64,000 nucleotides of DNA from Opitutales bacterium. GTDB lineage: Bacteria > Verrucomicrobiota > Verrucomicrobiia > Opitutales > PNEW01. The notes beneath the pieces are model-generated. The model ran no database searches and was not told the origin of the DNA. It saw nothing but the letters and a program-made list of their open reading frames with translations. The stretch spans positions 96,001 to 160,000 of the forward strand of contig CBDANS010000005.1 in the NCBI GenBank assembly GCA_965197745.1, read 5' to 3'. This document shows, in pieces, positions 10,485 through 21,110 of the stretch (within the stretch, counting starts at the first letter, position 1; each line of letters starts with the position of its first letter). The position numbers and the translations under genes are program-made.

Positions 10485-11540
10485 GTGTGGGTGATAGAGA
10501 AAATGATGAGATTTAATCTATGGCCTGTTGTTTTCGGATTTGCGGTATTTATTTGTATTCGAATCCCGTTAAGGGCTGAGATTCCCTTCCGTTGGCCGAC
10601 CCCTAATTCCGCGTTCGCGCGCGGGGAGAATCCTGAAACGTATGTTCAGCCCACTGAATCGGGAAAAACACGATCAGCTTTATTTGGCTGTGTCCGCAAT
10701 GAAGGCGAGCGATTTCACGAGGGGTTGGATCTTGCGCCTCTTAAACGTAATCGAAGGGGAGACCCTTCAGACCCGATTTTAGCAGCGTTGGATGGGCGAG
10801 TAGTTTATATAAATCGTAATCCCGGTCATAGTAATTACGGAATATATGTCGTCCTTGATCATCCGGATATTCAACCCGCTATTTATTCCCTTTATGCCCA
10901 TTTAAACAGTATAAATGCGAAACTTAAAATTGGATTCAACGTGGCGGGTGGAGATAAATTAGGAGTTATGGGTAATTCGGCGAGTGGTTACTCTATACCT
11001 CCCGATCGAACGCACCTTCATTTTGAAATGGGATTACGCCTGAGTGATAATTTTGATGAATGGTATGAGCAAAATGGTTTTCCCGATAAAAATGTCCACG
11101 GCAACTACAATGGTATGAATCTTATGGGATTTGATCCTCATGATTTTTACATGAAGGACAAAAGCGGAGAAATAAATAGTATTGAAAATTATATCAAAAC
11201 ATTACCTGTCGCTTATACTTTGAGAATAAGTTCAGCAAAGACACCTCATTTTATTAGCCACTATCCTGAGCTTTTGAGACGTCCGCTGTCTTCCGCTACG
11301 CTCACCGGATGGGATATTCAATTTACCTCGTGGGGTTTACCCATTAGTTGGATACCACGCTATGATAATCCCCATCCACGAGAAAATAAAGGTGAAATGG
11401 ACCTGGTCAGTTTCAATGCTGAACGCTTAAAAGAATATTCCTGTCGAGAGACTGTTGTTCTCACCGGTGAGGGGCCGGAAATCGGAAACGGCGCGCGGCG
11501 GACAATAGAGATTATTTTTGGATCGCGCTGGGATAAATGA
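10485..11540 (+). CDS. M23 family metallopeptidase, secreted
   Basis: Hydrophobic N-terminus; 'FHEGLD', 'YSLYAHL', 'HLHFE'; true start may be the ATG at 10503 or 10506. Confidence 0.88.
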   Translation: MWVIEKMMRFNLWPVVFGFAVFICIRIPLRAEIPFRWPTPNSAFARGENPETYVQPTESGKTRSALFGCVRNEGERFHEGLDLAPLKRNRRGDPSDPILAALDGRVVYINRNPGHSNYGIYVVLDHPDIQPAIYSLYAHLNSINAKLKIGFNVAGGDKLGVMGNSASGYSIPPDRTHLHFEMGLRLSDNFDEWYEQNGFPDKNVHGNYNGMNLMGFDPHDFYMKDKSGEINSIENYIKTLPVAYTLRISSAKTPHFISHYPELLRRPLSSATLTGWDIQFTSWGLPISWIPRYDNPHPRENKGEMDLVSFNAERLKEYSCRETVVLTGEGPEIGNGARRTIEIIFGSRWDK

Positions 11541-11541
11541 A

Positions 11542-12528
11542 CTAACTCCAGTCGAGCATCCGCTTAATGGGCTTATACGCTGCGTTGAGAACCTTTTCAT
11601 CTAATTCGATTTTGGGTTCCAGGCTTAATAACGAATCGCGCACTTTCTCAATGGTATTCTTTTTCATGTAGCGGCACTCATTGCAAGCACAGCGATCGGT
11701 AGGGCCGGCGATAAATGTTTTATCAGGAACTTCACGTTGAAGCCGGTGAAGCATTCCTGTTTCCGTAGCAACAATGATCGTGTCAGCCGGATAATCCCTG
11801 GAAAATCCAATCATTTTTTCCGTGCTGCATACTTCGTCAGCCATATCGCGTACCATTGCCGTGCACTCCGGGTGAGCAACAACAGGGGCACCGGGAAATT
11901 GCTCTTTTATATTTTCCAGGGTGCGAACGGTAAACAATACATGGATATAGCAGCTCCCCGGCCACAATCGCATAGAACGACCGGTTTTTTTTGCGACCCA
12001 TTGCCCCAGGTTCTGATCGGGAACAAATAGAATTTCACGATCTTCGGGGACTTTACTAATAATTTTCACTGCATTTCCGCTGGTGCAAATGACATCGCTG
12101 AGCGCTTTAACTTCAGCTGAGCAATTAATATAAGCCACCACATATAAATGGGGGTTGGCCTCCTTGTATGCCCTTAATTTATCTGCAGGACAAGAGTCAG
12201 AGAGCGAGCATCCGGCTTCCAGATCGGGAAGAATAACGCGTTTACTCGGATTAACGATCTTTGCTGTTTCAGCCATAAAGTGAACACCGCAGAAAAGAAT
12301 AACATCGGCGTCAGCTTTTTCTGCTTTATACGATAATCCCAAAGAATCTCCGACAAAATCAGCAACCTGTTGTATGGGTTCAACCTGATAATTATGGGCG
12401 AGGATGATCGCATTGCGTTCACTTTTCAATTTAAGGATCTCTTCCTGGATGGGCGACAGGGAACCCTTATTCCTCCCCTCATCAGGCTGGAATATCATCG
12501 GTTCTATCACTGGCATCGTTGAAGACAT
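11542..12528 (-). CDS. nadA: Quinolinate synthase
   Basis: 'LAHNYQ', 'FCGVHFMAETA', 'AGCSL', 'AHPEC', 'C..MK'. Confidence 0.97.
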   Translation of the reverse strand: MSSTMPVIEPMIFQPDEGRNKGSLSPIQEEILKLKSERNAIILAHNYQVEPIQQVADFVGDSLGLSYKAEKADADVILFCGVHFMAETAKIVNPSKRVILPDLEAGCSLSDSCPADKLRAYKEANPHLYVVAYINCSAEVKALSDVICTSGNAVKIISKVPEDREILFVPDQNLGQWVAKKTGRSMRLWPGSCYIHVLFTVRTLENIKEQFPGAPVVAHPECTAMVRDMADEVCSTEKMIGFSRDYPADTIIVATETGMLHRLQREVPDKTFIAGPTDRCACNECRYMKKNTIEKVRDSLLSLEPKIELDEKVLNAAYKPIKRMLDWS

Positions 12529-12557
12529 GGCTATTTCCAGGCAAACTCAATCACCGT

Positions 12558-12926
12558 TCATGTTTTAATTTCATGCTCTTCCAGGAGCTTTTTAAACTTT
12601 TTGTAGTTATGCAGCCCGTTTAAATCCTGATCTTTCATCACCCATGCGAAGTCATTGTAGCCTTTTTGAACAGCATCGCGCAGGCTTTTAACAGCATCCG
12701 CTTTACGATCTAATAAGGCAAGACTGCAAGCAAGATTGTAGTGTGCCACGGCATTATCAGGTTGAAGCCGAACATTTTTACGGTCCATTTTTAATCCTTC
12801 ACGGAAACGACCGCCCCGTGTATAGAAATTACCAAGAATTTCAATGACATCGGTGTTTTTCGGATCGCGACGATAGACCCCTTCAAAAAAACCTATCTCA
12901 AAATCATAATTGTCAGCCATTTCCAA
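12558..12926 (-). CDS. TPR-containing protein
   Basis: 'AHYNLACSLALL', 'DQDLNGL' TPR-end pattern. Confidence 0.8.
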   Translation of the reverse strand: MEMADNYDFEIGFFEGVYRRDPKNTDVIEILGNFYTRGGRFREGLKMDRKNVRLQPDNAVAHYNLACSLALLDRKADAVKSLRDAVQKGYNDFAWVMKDQDLNGLHNYKKFKKLLEEHEIKT

Positions 12927-12937
12927 ATTTCAGGGTA

Positions 12938-13429
12938 TTAAGCCGTTTTTTCGTGCTGATTTTCACATGCATTAAACGATTTAATTTTTAAACAGCGTGC
13001 ATGTACCTGCAGACGTTGCATTTCGGGCTCAAGACCCAGTTTTTCCGATACGGTGTTGCCATACCATTCTAAAAAAGGGGCATCTATTTCAAATATTTTA
13101 TCACAGTCAAGGCACACCACCTGAGCTTGTTCGGTTTTCTGGCCCATTTTAGCCAGGTAAAATTTGTAGTCACGACCAACATCAATCTCTTTTACCAACC
13201 CGCTATCAGTCAATATAGGTAATGTTCGATAGACGGTAGCGCGGGATACAGAGCGATCTATGTCGCGAGAGGTGTCCAGCAATTCTTCCGCTGTAAAATG
13301 ATCCTCATGATTAAAAGCGGCGTCAAATATCGCCATGCGCTGGTTGGTAACGCGAAGGCTTTTCTTAGCGAGGAAATCCTTAAAGGTGGACCTCGACTTT
13401 TCAATCATTTCGGATTTATTAGGTTTCAA
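12938..13429 (-). CDS. Fur family transcriptional regulator
   Basis: '[10 protein letters not shown]', 'HFTAEEL', '[10 protein letters not shown]', 'CLDC'. Confidence 0.92.
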   Translation of the reverse strand: MKPNKSEMIEKSRSTFKDFLAKKSLRVTNQRMAIFDAAFNHEDHFTAEELLDTSRDIDRSVSRATVYRTLPILTDSGLVKEIDVGRDYKFYLAKMGQKTEQAQVVCLDCDKIFEIDAPFLEWYGNTVSEKLGLEPEMQRLQVHARCLKIKSFNACENQHEKTA

Positions 13430-13584
13430 TAGAAGCGCTTATTAATAATGAGACTAAATAAACAATAAGCCATCCAAGATTGAGAGCAAGTAATAACCTG
13501 TAATAGAAAGAAGATTTAAACCCGGTAAAAGATGATAAAGAGGAGCGACGATTCAGGAATTAATTTTGGAAGATCAAAAATGAT

Positions 13585-15837
13585 ATGATAAAAAGGGATG
13601 GACGATCGGTGGCCGTTGCTCCGCTCACAGGGTACAACAAAGTACTGGGATACAAAGTGCCCGATAAGATGGTCGATCAGGTAGCGTTGGGATCCCTTGT
13701 GCGCGTTCCTCTGCTCCGACGCAAAGAGCTTGGTATTGTGAAAAAACTGGAAGCTCCTGGAGATTACCCCCTCAGTAAACTCAAGGAAATATCCAGTGTA
13801 ATATATCCGTTACCAGTGTTGACTTCGGATTTATTGGAACTCGCCGATTGGATCCAGGATTATTACGCGGCCTCAGCGGATACTGTATACGAAGCAATGA
13901 TTCCCTCGGTAGTTCGCAGTGGAAAAAGAGAGATGCGACGGCGTTACATAGGGCTTAGTAAGGAGATAGGCAAAGAAACCTTAGAATTACTAAAAAAGCA
14001 CGCCCCCAAACAGGCAGCGCTCTGCGAGCATCTCCGTATTAAGGTGAACCCACAACCGAAAGCGAAAGTTTTAAAACAACTGAAGATAGCGAGTTCCAGT
14101 TGTGATACTTTAATCAGAAAAGGGATAATCAAGGAGACAAGAAAACAAATAGTGCGCACCGCGTATGATGATGATCTTGCCCTGGGCGAACAGGTGTCGG
14201 CACAGAATTTCGTCCTCAATCCAGAGCAAGAAGCCGCGATTAAAGATATTGTTTCAAGGATTGAAGCGCATAAATTTCATGTAAGTCTACTTCATGGCGT
14301 AACGGGTTCAGGTAAGACCGAAGTCTATATTCAGGCATTAAAGCGCACCCTTAATCTCGGTGGCGGTGTGATTTTTCTTGTTCCAGAAGTTGCCTTAACA
14401 CCGCAGACGGTGGGCCGACTGCGTTCCCGTCTGGAAGAAGAGATCGGAGCGTCGACGGTGGTCTGGCATAGTCACCTTTCCGACGGGGAAAGACTCGATG
14501 CCTGGCACGCGCTAGCCAGTGGTGATGCCCGCGTCGTAGTCGGTGCACGATCTGCCATCTTTGCCCCCATAAATAATTTGCGTCTCATTATTGTGGACGA
14601 GGAACATGAACCGGCATACAAGCAGGATGATAAGCCACGTTACCACGGTCGCGATGTCGCGGTATACCGGGCAAAGATCAATAACGCAACCTGCCTCCTC
14701 GGTTCTGCCACCCCATCGCTTGAGTCTCTCTATAATGTCGATCAGGGAAAATACCGGCTTAACCTTCTGCCTGATCGTGTGGACGACCGGAAACTCCCTA
14801 TCATTCATGTTGTCGATATGAAACGTGAGCTCATTGGTGGCAAAGGATCTATGACCCTTTCCCATCTCCTCGCGGATAAGATGCGTGAACGATTTGAAAA
14901 AGGAGAGCAGACGATACTATTCATCAATCGTCGAGGGTATTCCAGAAGTATGCTTTGTCCCGAATGCGGGTATGTAGCTACATGCATGCACTGCAGTCTA
15001 CCCTTAATATATCACCGGACAGATCAGAGAATTCGCTGCCATCTGTGCGGCCATACAGAAGACGCTCCCCGAAGCTGCCCACAATGTCATTCAATAAAAA
15101 TACGCTGGCGTGGTCAGGGCACTCAGAAAGTAGAGGAAGCGGTGCAGTTATTGCTTTCACGCGCCCGCATCATGCGTATGGACACGGATACAATGCAGAA
15201 AAAAAATCTATTTCGGGAAATTCTAACAGATTTTCGCAGAGGAAAGATCGATGTCCTCGTGGGGACGCAGATGATTGCTAAAGGGCTGGATTTTCCGAAT
15301 GTGACGCTGGTGGGGTTAATCGATGCCGACCTTTCTCTTCATATCCCTGATTTTCGTGCCAGTGAAAGAACCTTCCAATTACTGGTACAGGTCGCGGGTC
15401 GATCCGGTCGTGGGGACCGTTCCGGCGAGGTAGTGGTGCAGAGTTTTCTCCCTCACAGCCAGCCTATTCAGTATGCGCGTCAATCAGATTTCGAGGGTTT
15501 TAATCTTGAAGAGCTGGAGCATCGGCGTGAGTTCCATTACCCTCCGTTCAGGCATCTCATTCATCACTCATTTCGGGGGACAAATCCGGAAAAGGTTGCT
15601 TTCTTTGCCGAGCATTGGGCAAGACTGGTGGAAAAGAAAATAACCCATGGAATAGAGATCAGGGGACCGGCGCCTTCACCAATTGAAAAAATAAAAAACC
15701 ATTATCGTTTTCAGGTCTGGTATTTCGTATCGAATGTTTCAAAAGTGGTTCCAGGTCTTCTCGCATTGCGCCGTGATTTTAAAATGGATCCTGACGTGAT
15801 CGATGTTATCGATGTCGACCCCGTTCATTTAATATAG
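13585..15837 (+). CDS. priA: Primosomal protein N' (replication restart helicase)
   Basis: 'LHGVTGSGKTEVY', 'DEEHE', four CxxC pairs, 'GTQMIAKGLDFP', 'QVAGRSGR'. Confidence 0.97.
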   Translation: MIKRDGRSVAVAPLTGYNKVLGYKVPDKMVDQVALGSLVRVPLLRRKELGIVKKLEAPGDYPLSKLKEISSVIYPLPVLTSDLLELADWIQDYYAASADTVYEAMIPSVVRSGKREMRRRYIGLSKEIGKETLELLKKHAPKQAALCEHLRIKVNPQPKAKVLKQLKIASSSCDTLIRKGIIKETRKQIVRTAYDDDLALGEQVSAQNFVLNPEQEAAIKDIVSRIEAHKFHVSLLHGVTGSGKTEVYIQALKRTLNLGGGVIFLVPEVALTPQTVGRLRSRLEEEIGASTVVWHSHLSDGERLDAWHALASGDARVVVGARSAIFAPINNLRLIIVDEEHEPAYKQDDKPRYHGRDVAVYRAKINNATCLLGSATPSLESLYNVDQGKYRLNLLPDRVDDRKLPIIHVVDMKRELIGGKGSMTLSHLLADKMRERFEKGEQTILFINRRGYSRSMLCPECGYVATCMHCSLPLIYHRTDQRIRCHLCGHTEDAPRSCPQCHSIKIRWRGQGTQKVEEAVQLLLSRARIMRMDTDTMQKKNLFREILTDFRRGKIDVLVGTQMIAKGLDFPNVTLVGLIDADLSLHIPDFRASERTFQLLVQVAGRSGRGDRSGEVVVQSFLPHSQPIQYARQSDFEGFNLEELEHRREFHYPPFRHLIHHSFRGTNPEKVAFFAEHWARLVEKKITHGIEIRGPAPSPIEKIKNHYRFQVWYFVSNVSKVVPGLLALRRDFKMDPDVIDVIDVDPVHLI

Positions 15838-16026
15838 CTTTAGATCCTGTCACGAGAATGGAGAGAGCTGCTTGACGGCCCCGGCCCCGCCACCGCGAGG
15901 TGATGTCTGTTCCCCGGCACGCTTCTTATTTCTGAATTATTAGCTCGAATTTCACCGTAGCTGTGTTTTGCTGAGTGATATTTAATTAACAATATTTATA
16001 TTTAGCCTGATTAAATACTACTCTCG

Positions 16027-16443
16027 GTGAATGTAGAATCCATAAAGCGCTTTTTTCAAAGACAAGATTTTGGCCTTTTGACTATTCGTGTCTCGCTGGG
16101 GATTATCATGATGATCCATGGTGTTCCCAAATTTTTAGGAGGAACTGAGGTCCTGGAAAAAGTGGGATCTGCAATGACTTATCTGGGCATCGATTTCGCT
16201 CCTGTATTTTGGGGATTTATGGCAGCCTTTTCGGAAGTTCTAGGGGGCTCGCTTTTGATTATAGGTTTTCTCTTTCGACCATCCTGCTTTTTTCTCGGGT
16301 TCACGATGGCTGTTGCCACCTTGCTGAATTTTTCTATCGGCAGTGATTTTGGCAGCATCACCTCCCATCCATTAAGCATGGCGTTCCTCTTTTTCAGTCT
16401 GATGTTCATCGGTCCCGGCAAATACAGCGTGCAGAAAGAATGA
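16027..16443 (+). CDS. DoxX family membrane protein
   Basis: 'HGVPKF', 'EVLGG', C-terminal 'GPGKYS'. Confidence 0.88.
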   Translation: MNVESIKRFFQRQDFGLLTIRVSLGIIMMIHGVPKFLGGTEVLEKVGSAMTYLGIDFAPVFWGFMAAFSEVLGGSLLIIGFLFRPSCFFLGFTMAVATLLNFSIGSDFGSITSHPLSMAFLFFSLMFIGPGKYSVQKE

Positions 16444-16501
16444 CAATTAGCTTCTGACCATGCTGAATCCATGCATGCTACGATAAAATTAGGGTAGAAT
16501 A

Positions 16502-16552
16502 ATCTTCGTCCCAGGATGTTTTCGAGATAAAGAGAAAGGCAGGGACGAAGAT
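16502..16552. repeat. 11-bp perfect inverted repeat between convergent genes (possible terminator)
   Basis: ATCTTCGTCCC (16502-16512) / GGGACGAAGAT (16542-16552). Confidence 0.6.
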
Positions 16553-16629
16553 CGATTACTTACCTCAGTCTAAGATCCGGTTGTGTTCGAACAACCAATC
16601 TTACTGACTCTGAAACGAACAACAATAGC

Positions 16630-17604
16630 TTACTCAATGATGCTGTTAATAAATTCAAAATACTGCGAGTAGTAACCGATTACTTTATAAGCAATAAATA
16701 TAGCCAGAATCAAAAAAAGTAATTTCGGATACCAGAAGCTAACCATCGCAAGTTGTTTATTGGCTTTATCCTGATATTGACGGGCAATGCGACCGAGGTT
16801 GGCATCCAATTTACCTGTTTGCTCTCCTCCTTGATAAAGGGCAATAAAATCACGCGGAAAGACATTGGATGTTTCGAGTGCGGCTCCAGGAAGCTTCCCC
16901 TTTTTTATTTCCTGAGTGATTTTTAAAGAATATCTGGTTAGAGCAGGATCGCCTGAGACCAGCCCGGAACCGTACCAGGCTTCGTCAATGGGAGCGCCCG
17001 CTTTAATAAACGCTTCAAGGGCGAAGGAGAAGTCAGCCAGAGATTGAGATTTTCGAAAGCCTCGCAGTCCGGGTATACAGCGCATGATCCCTTTAATAAA
17101 GGGGTTCCCTTTTTTAAGGAGAACGATAATCCCGGCCAAGACGATCCAGAAAGGCAGAATAATCGGGGTTAGGTTTGAAAGATATTGATCCAGGTGCAAG
17201 CTGGTACCCGAATCGGCATTGAATTCTACCATATCAAGAACGGGAAATAGAAACATGCCCAAATGAAGCACCGCGAGTGGGTAAATTGTGGCAATTACCG
17301 CTTTTGAAATATTTTCAGAAGCTTGAAGATGTTTTTCATTAAGTTTGTGCAACGTTTCCGGAAGCCGACCGCTCGATCCCGCAGCGGATATTAAATAACG
17401 GTCTGATTGCGGAAGCCATCGTGGGGATTTTTGGAGCATCCCATCGATAGAATTCCCAGCCGTCAATTCGCTGGCCATTTTGGATATGTCTTTTGAGGGA
17501 AGTCCTCCAGCCATCCTCATTGCTTCGGCGAGGGTTATACCCGCTTCCAGATTTTGTGCTACCTGGAGGTACCATGAAGCTAACTTTTTGTGTGATACTG
17601 CCAT
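16630..17604 (-). CDS. Type II secretion F / PilC-family inner-membrane platform protein
   Basis: 'AGITLAEA', 'SGRLPETL', 'YP', 'GEQTGKLD' repeated T2SSF domains. Confidence 0.85.
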   Translation of the reverse strand: MAVSHKKLASWYLQVAQNLEAGITLAEAMRMAGGLPSKDISKMASELTAGNSIDGMLQKSPRWLPQSDRYLISAAGSSGRLPETLHKLNEKHLQASENISKAVIATIYPLAVLHLGMFLFPVLDMVEFNADSGTSLHLDQYLSNLTPIILPFWIVLAGIIVLLKKGNPFIKGIMRCIPGLRGFRKSQSLADFSFALEAFIKAGAPIDEAWYGSGLVSGDPALTRYSLKITQEIKKGKLPGAALETSNVFPRDFIALYQGGEQTGKLDANLGRIARQYQDKANKQLAMVSFWYPKLLFLILAIFIAYKVIGYYSQYFEFINSIIE

Positions 17605-17995
17605 CCTATTTTAGTCTATCAAAAAATGATTGCTCTACCTGTCGGCTAACCGCTTCATCTTTTTCGCACAATAAGAATCCAATTATATATTAATTAATTA
17701 AGCGACGGGGAGGAAGACAAAGTTTCTTGTGACCCACCTGATCTTAACACCCGACCAACCATTTCCAGCATTCTATTTTTTGTATTTCATAGGCTATTTA
17801 TTTAAGGCAAGCATATCCCGGTCTGATTGAGAGGCAAGATTCTTAAGCATATAAAAGTTTACTCAGCAGTTATGCTATAAGGATTGGTGGTGAAAAGTAT
17901 AATCATAAGTTTTAAGGATTATTTATTTTAGCTTTTGCCGTTTAGAGGCTCGACATGATCGACACCCTGAGATAAATTCACATTTTCCACAATTA

Positions 17996-18673
17996 ATGAA
18001 GGTAGCTGTTATTCAGTTTCCAGGTTCAAATTGTGATTGGGATGCCTATCACGCGATATCCCGAACGCTGGGACTGAACACAGAAATGGTCTGGCATAAG
18101 GAGACCAGCCTGGGTGATGCAGAGGCAGTTGTCCTGCCGGGTGGATTTACTTTTGGAGATTATCTGCGTTGTGGCGCCATTGCCCGATTTTCACCGATCA
18201 TAAGTGCGCTCACCTCCTTTGCCGATAACGGTGGAATCGTCATAGGTATTTGTAATGGATTTCAGATTCTGTGTGAGGTGGGATTATTACCGGGAGCGCT
18301 TATCCGCAATAACTGTCTGGAATTCCGCTGTATTACCGTAGATCTTGCAGTGGAAAATTCAACGAGTGAATTTAATCGTGAAAAACTGGGTGAGCGAATA
18401 CAACTCCCCATTGCTCACGGGGAAGGCAATTACCGTATTGATCCCGAAGGAATGGGTGAGCTGGAAGCCAACCACCAGATTCTATTTCGATATAGCGAGC
18501 CCTCGAATAATCCTAACGGTTCGATGGGGGATATCGCCGGTATTCGTAATCGAGCGGGTAATATATTTGGAATGATGCCTCATCCCGAACGGGCCGTTGA
18601 ATCCTTTCATCCCTCTCAGGCTGGTATTAATGTTTTGAATGCAATGCTTACGACAAATCTGATGAGTGTCTAA
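17996..18673 (+). CDS. purQ: FGAM synthase glutaminase subunit
   Basis: 'FPGSNCD', 'PGGFTFGDYLR', 'GICNGFQIL', 'AHGEG', 'MPHPER'. Confidence 0.97.
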   Translation: MKVAVIQFPGSNCDWDAYHAISRTLGLNTEMVWHKETSLGDAEAVVLPGGFTFGDYLRCGAIARFSPIISALTSFADNGGIVIGICNGFQILCEVGLLPGALIRNNCLEFRCITVDLAVENSTSEFNREKLGERIQLPIAHGEGNYRIDPEGMGELEANHQILFRYSEPSNNPNGSMGDIAGIRNRAGNIFGMMPHPERAVESFHPSQAGINVLNAMLTTNLMSV

Positions 18674-18773
18674 GAGCATTAAATATCGGGACTTTGTGAG
18701 AGAAAAATTAATCTGACGGCTATGGCTATTAACTTGAAATCTCCTTTTACACAATTAATTGAAATAATTTACT

Positions 18774-21095
18774 ATGCCTGTTTCGCACACTGTGCTCACT
18801 AACCCCGACCCCGCTCTAAACCTCCTTGTAACCCCTAAGCACGTTGAAGATTTAGGGCTGCTCTCTGAGGAATATGAAAAAATTCTGAGCATCCTCGGGC
18901 GTGAACCCAATTTAACGGAACTGGGTATATTCAGCGTCATGTGGTCAGAGCATTGTTCCTACAAAAATTCCAAGCTTCTTCTGTCCTCTTTTCCCACAGA
19001 AAAATCTGATCAGTCCGCATCTGGACAGGTCCTGATTAAAGCGGGGGAGGAAAATGCCGGGGTAATTGATATTGGCGATGGGTGGGCCATTTCTTTTAAG
19101 ATTGAATCCCATAATCATCCAAGCGCGGTTGAGCCCTTTGAAGGCGCAGCTACTGGGGTGGGAGGAATTATCAGGGATATCTTTACCATGGGCGCCAGAC
19201 CCGTCTTGCTGACGAATTCACTGCGCTTTGGGGAGCTGGATGATTCCAACGTCAAACGTCTCATTCGCGGAGTGGTACAAGGTATTGCGCACTACGGCAA
19301 TTGTATCGGCATACCAACGGTTGGGGGTGATGTCTATTTTGACTCCTGTTATGAAGGAAATCCGCTGGTTAATGCCCTTTGCCTCGGAGTTGTCCGGCAT
19401 GATCAAATTAAACGGGGGAGTGCCACGGGGTCAGGTAACCCGGTGTATTATGTTGGTCCAGCCACCGGTCGTGACGGTCTTGGAGGCGCCAGTTTTGCCT
19501 CGAGAGAACTTACTGAAGAGAGCGCGGCTGACCGACCATCGGTTCAGAAAGGAGATCCTTTTATGGAAAAATTGCTCCTGGAAGCTTGTCTTGAAATGAT
19601 GGAAGTCCCGGGTTTAGTCGTTGGAATACAGGATATGGGTGCTGCCGGGTTAACCTGCTCCAGTTGTGAGACAGCAAGCCGCGGCAACTCCGGTCTGAAA
19701 ATAGATCTTGATCGGGTGCCACAACGGGAGAGTGGAATGAATTCCTATGAAATCTTACTCTCGGAGAGCCAGGAACGTATGCTCGTCATCGCCCAAAAGG
19801 GTCGTGAAGCGGAACTGGAAAAAATATTTAATAAATGGGATTTACCGGCCGTGATCATTGGTGAAGTAACCGAGGGTGAGGATTTAGTATTAATACAAAA
19901 CAGTGATCCAATCGCCATTATCCCCGCCAAATCTCTCGCCGATGATGCCCCGGTATACAAACGGGAATCGAAGGAACCCTTGCATTTGAAAGAAACCCAA
20001 AACTGGGAGGAGAGGGAACTCCCTGACCTCGATAATACTGGCGTGCACAATACATTACGACGATTACTTTCCACTCCCAGCATAGCCAGTAAAAACTGGG
20101 TCTGGCGGCAATACGATCACATGGTGATGACCAGCACGATGGTTATTCCCGGGAGTGATGCCGCTATAGTAAGGTTACGCCTTGATGACGGTCTGGAAAA
20201 ATATATCGCGATTGCTAACGATTGCAACAACCGCTACTGTTACCTGAACCCTTACCGCGGCGGACAGATTGCCATCGCGGAGTGCATTCGCAATCTGGCG
20301 TGCAGTGGAGCGCGCCCGCTTGCCATGACTAACTGCCTTAATTTTGGAAATCCTTATAAGCCGGACGTATTTTATATGTTTAAGGAGTGCGTGCGCGGTC
20401 TGGCCGATGCCTGTTCATTTTTTGATGTGCCGGTAGTTGGTGGCAATGTAAGTCTTTACAACGAAAATCATAAAGGCGCTATCGATCCAACTCCCGTGGT
20501 CTCCATTGCTGGAATTGTTGACGATAAAAAAATGATTAGAACGCAATTTCTCAAGCGTGGAGACGAAGCCCTCCTCCTCCTCGGTGGACACACCCATGAA
20601 ATTGGAGGCAGCTATTATTTAAAGCAAATTCATCAACAAAAGACGGGGGATGCTCCGATGCTTGATCTGGAAGCTGAAAGTCGCTTAAACCATCACCTCT
20701 TATCGTTGATAGCGAAAGACCGGGTAATCGCGGCCCATGATATTTCCGAGGGGGGACTCCTCGTTACCTTATCTGAAATGCTATTTGACCAGAACCGGAC
20801 ATTCGGGGCACAACTCGAAATGGAATGGGGAGCGGAGAATCGTCGTGTTGACGCCCAGTTATTCGGCGAAAGCCAGGGCCGCATAATTATTGCGGTAAAA
20901 CCTGAGGATGTGGATTCAATCCTGGGTATCGCCCGCGATGAGCAAGTCCCAGCTATTCTCCTGGGCCATGCCACTGTGGAACCGTCTTTGAATCTGCGAT
21001 TTCATGGGGTAGAAAACGAAATCGCATGGGACACATCCGATCTGCGCGGTGTCTGGGAAAGCGCGATTCTTAATACCATGAGCGAGGAACAATAA
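18774..21095 (+). CDS. purL: FGAM synthase subunit PurL (small type)
   Basis: 'MWSEHCSYK', 'ESHNHPSA', 'QDMGAAGL', 'SESQERM'. Confidence 0.97.
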   Translation: MPVSHTVLTNPDPALNLLVTPKHVEDLGLLSEEYEKILSILGREPNLTELGIFSVMWSEHCSYKNSKLLLSSFPTEKSDQSASGQVLIKAGEENAGVIDIGDGWAISFKIESHNHPSAVEPFEGAATGVGGIIRDIFTMGARPVLLTNSLRFGELDDSNVKRLIRGVVQGIAHYGNCIGIPTVGGDVYFDSCYEGNPLVNALCLGVVRHDQIKRGSATGSGNPVYYVGPATGRDGLGGASFASRELTEESAADRPSVQKGDPFMEKLLLEACLEMMEVPGLVVGIQDMGAAGLTCSSCETASRGNSGLKIDLDRVPQRESGMNSYEILLSESQERMLVIAQKGREAELEKIFNKWDLPAVIIGEVTEGEDLVLIQNSDPIAIIPAKSLADDAPVYKRESKEPLHLKETQNWEERELPDLDNTGVHNTLRRLLSTPSIASKNWVWRQYDHMVMTSTMVIPGSDAAIVRLRLDDGLEKYIAIANDCNNRYCYLNPYRGGQIAIAECIRNLACSGARPLAMTNCLNFGNPYKPDVFYMFKECVRGLADACSFFDVPVVGGNVSLYNENHKGAIDPTPVVSIAGIVDDKKMIRTQFLKRGDEALLLLGGHTHEIGGSYYLKQIHQQKTGDAPMLDLEAESRLNHHLLSLIAKDRVIAAHDISEGGLLVTLSEMLFDQNRTFGAQLEMEWGAENRRVDAQLFGESQGRIIIAVKPEDVDSILGIARDEQVPAILLGHATVEPSLNLRFHGVENEIAWDTSDLRGVWESAILNTMSEEQ

Positions 21096-21110
21096 TTAAA
21101 CGATAATACC

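Noticed and set aside
13440..13468. Fur box upstream of the fur gene (TAATGAGACTAAAT)
   Set aside because: Only a half-site resemblance in AT-rich DNA; not supportable
15860..15925. SRP RNA on the minus strand (AAGCAGC seen)
   Set aside because: No CAGG...GNRA helix-8 arrangement and no long closing helix
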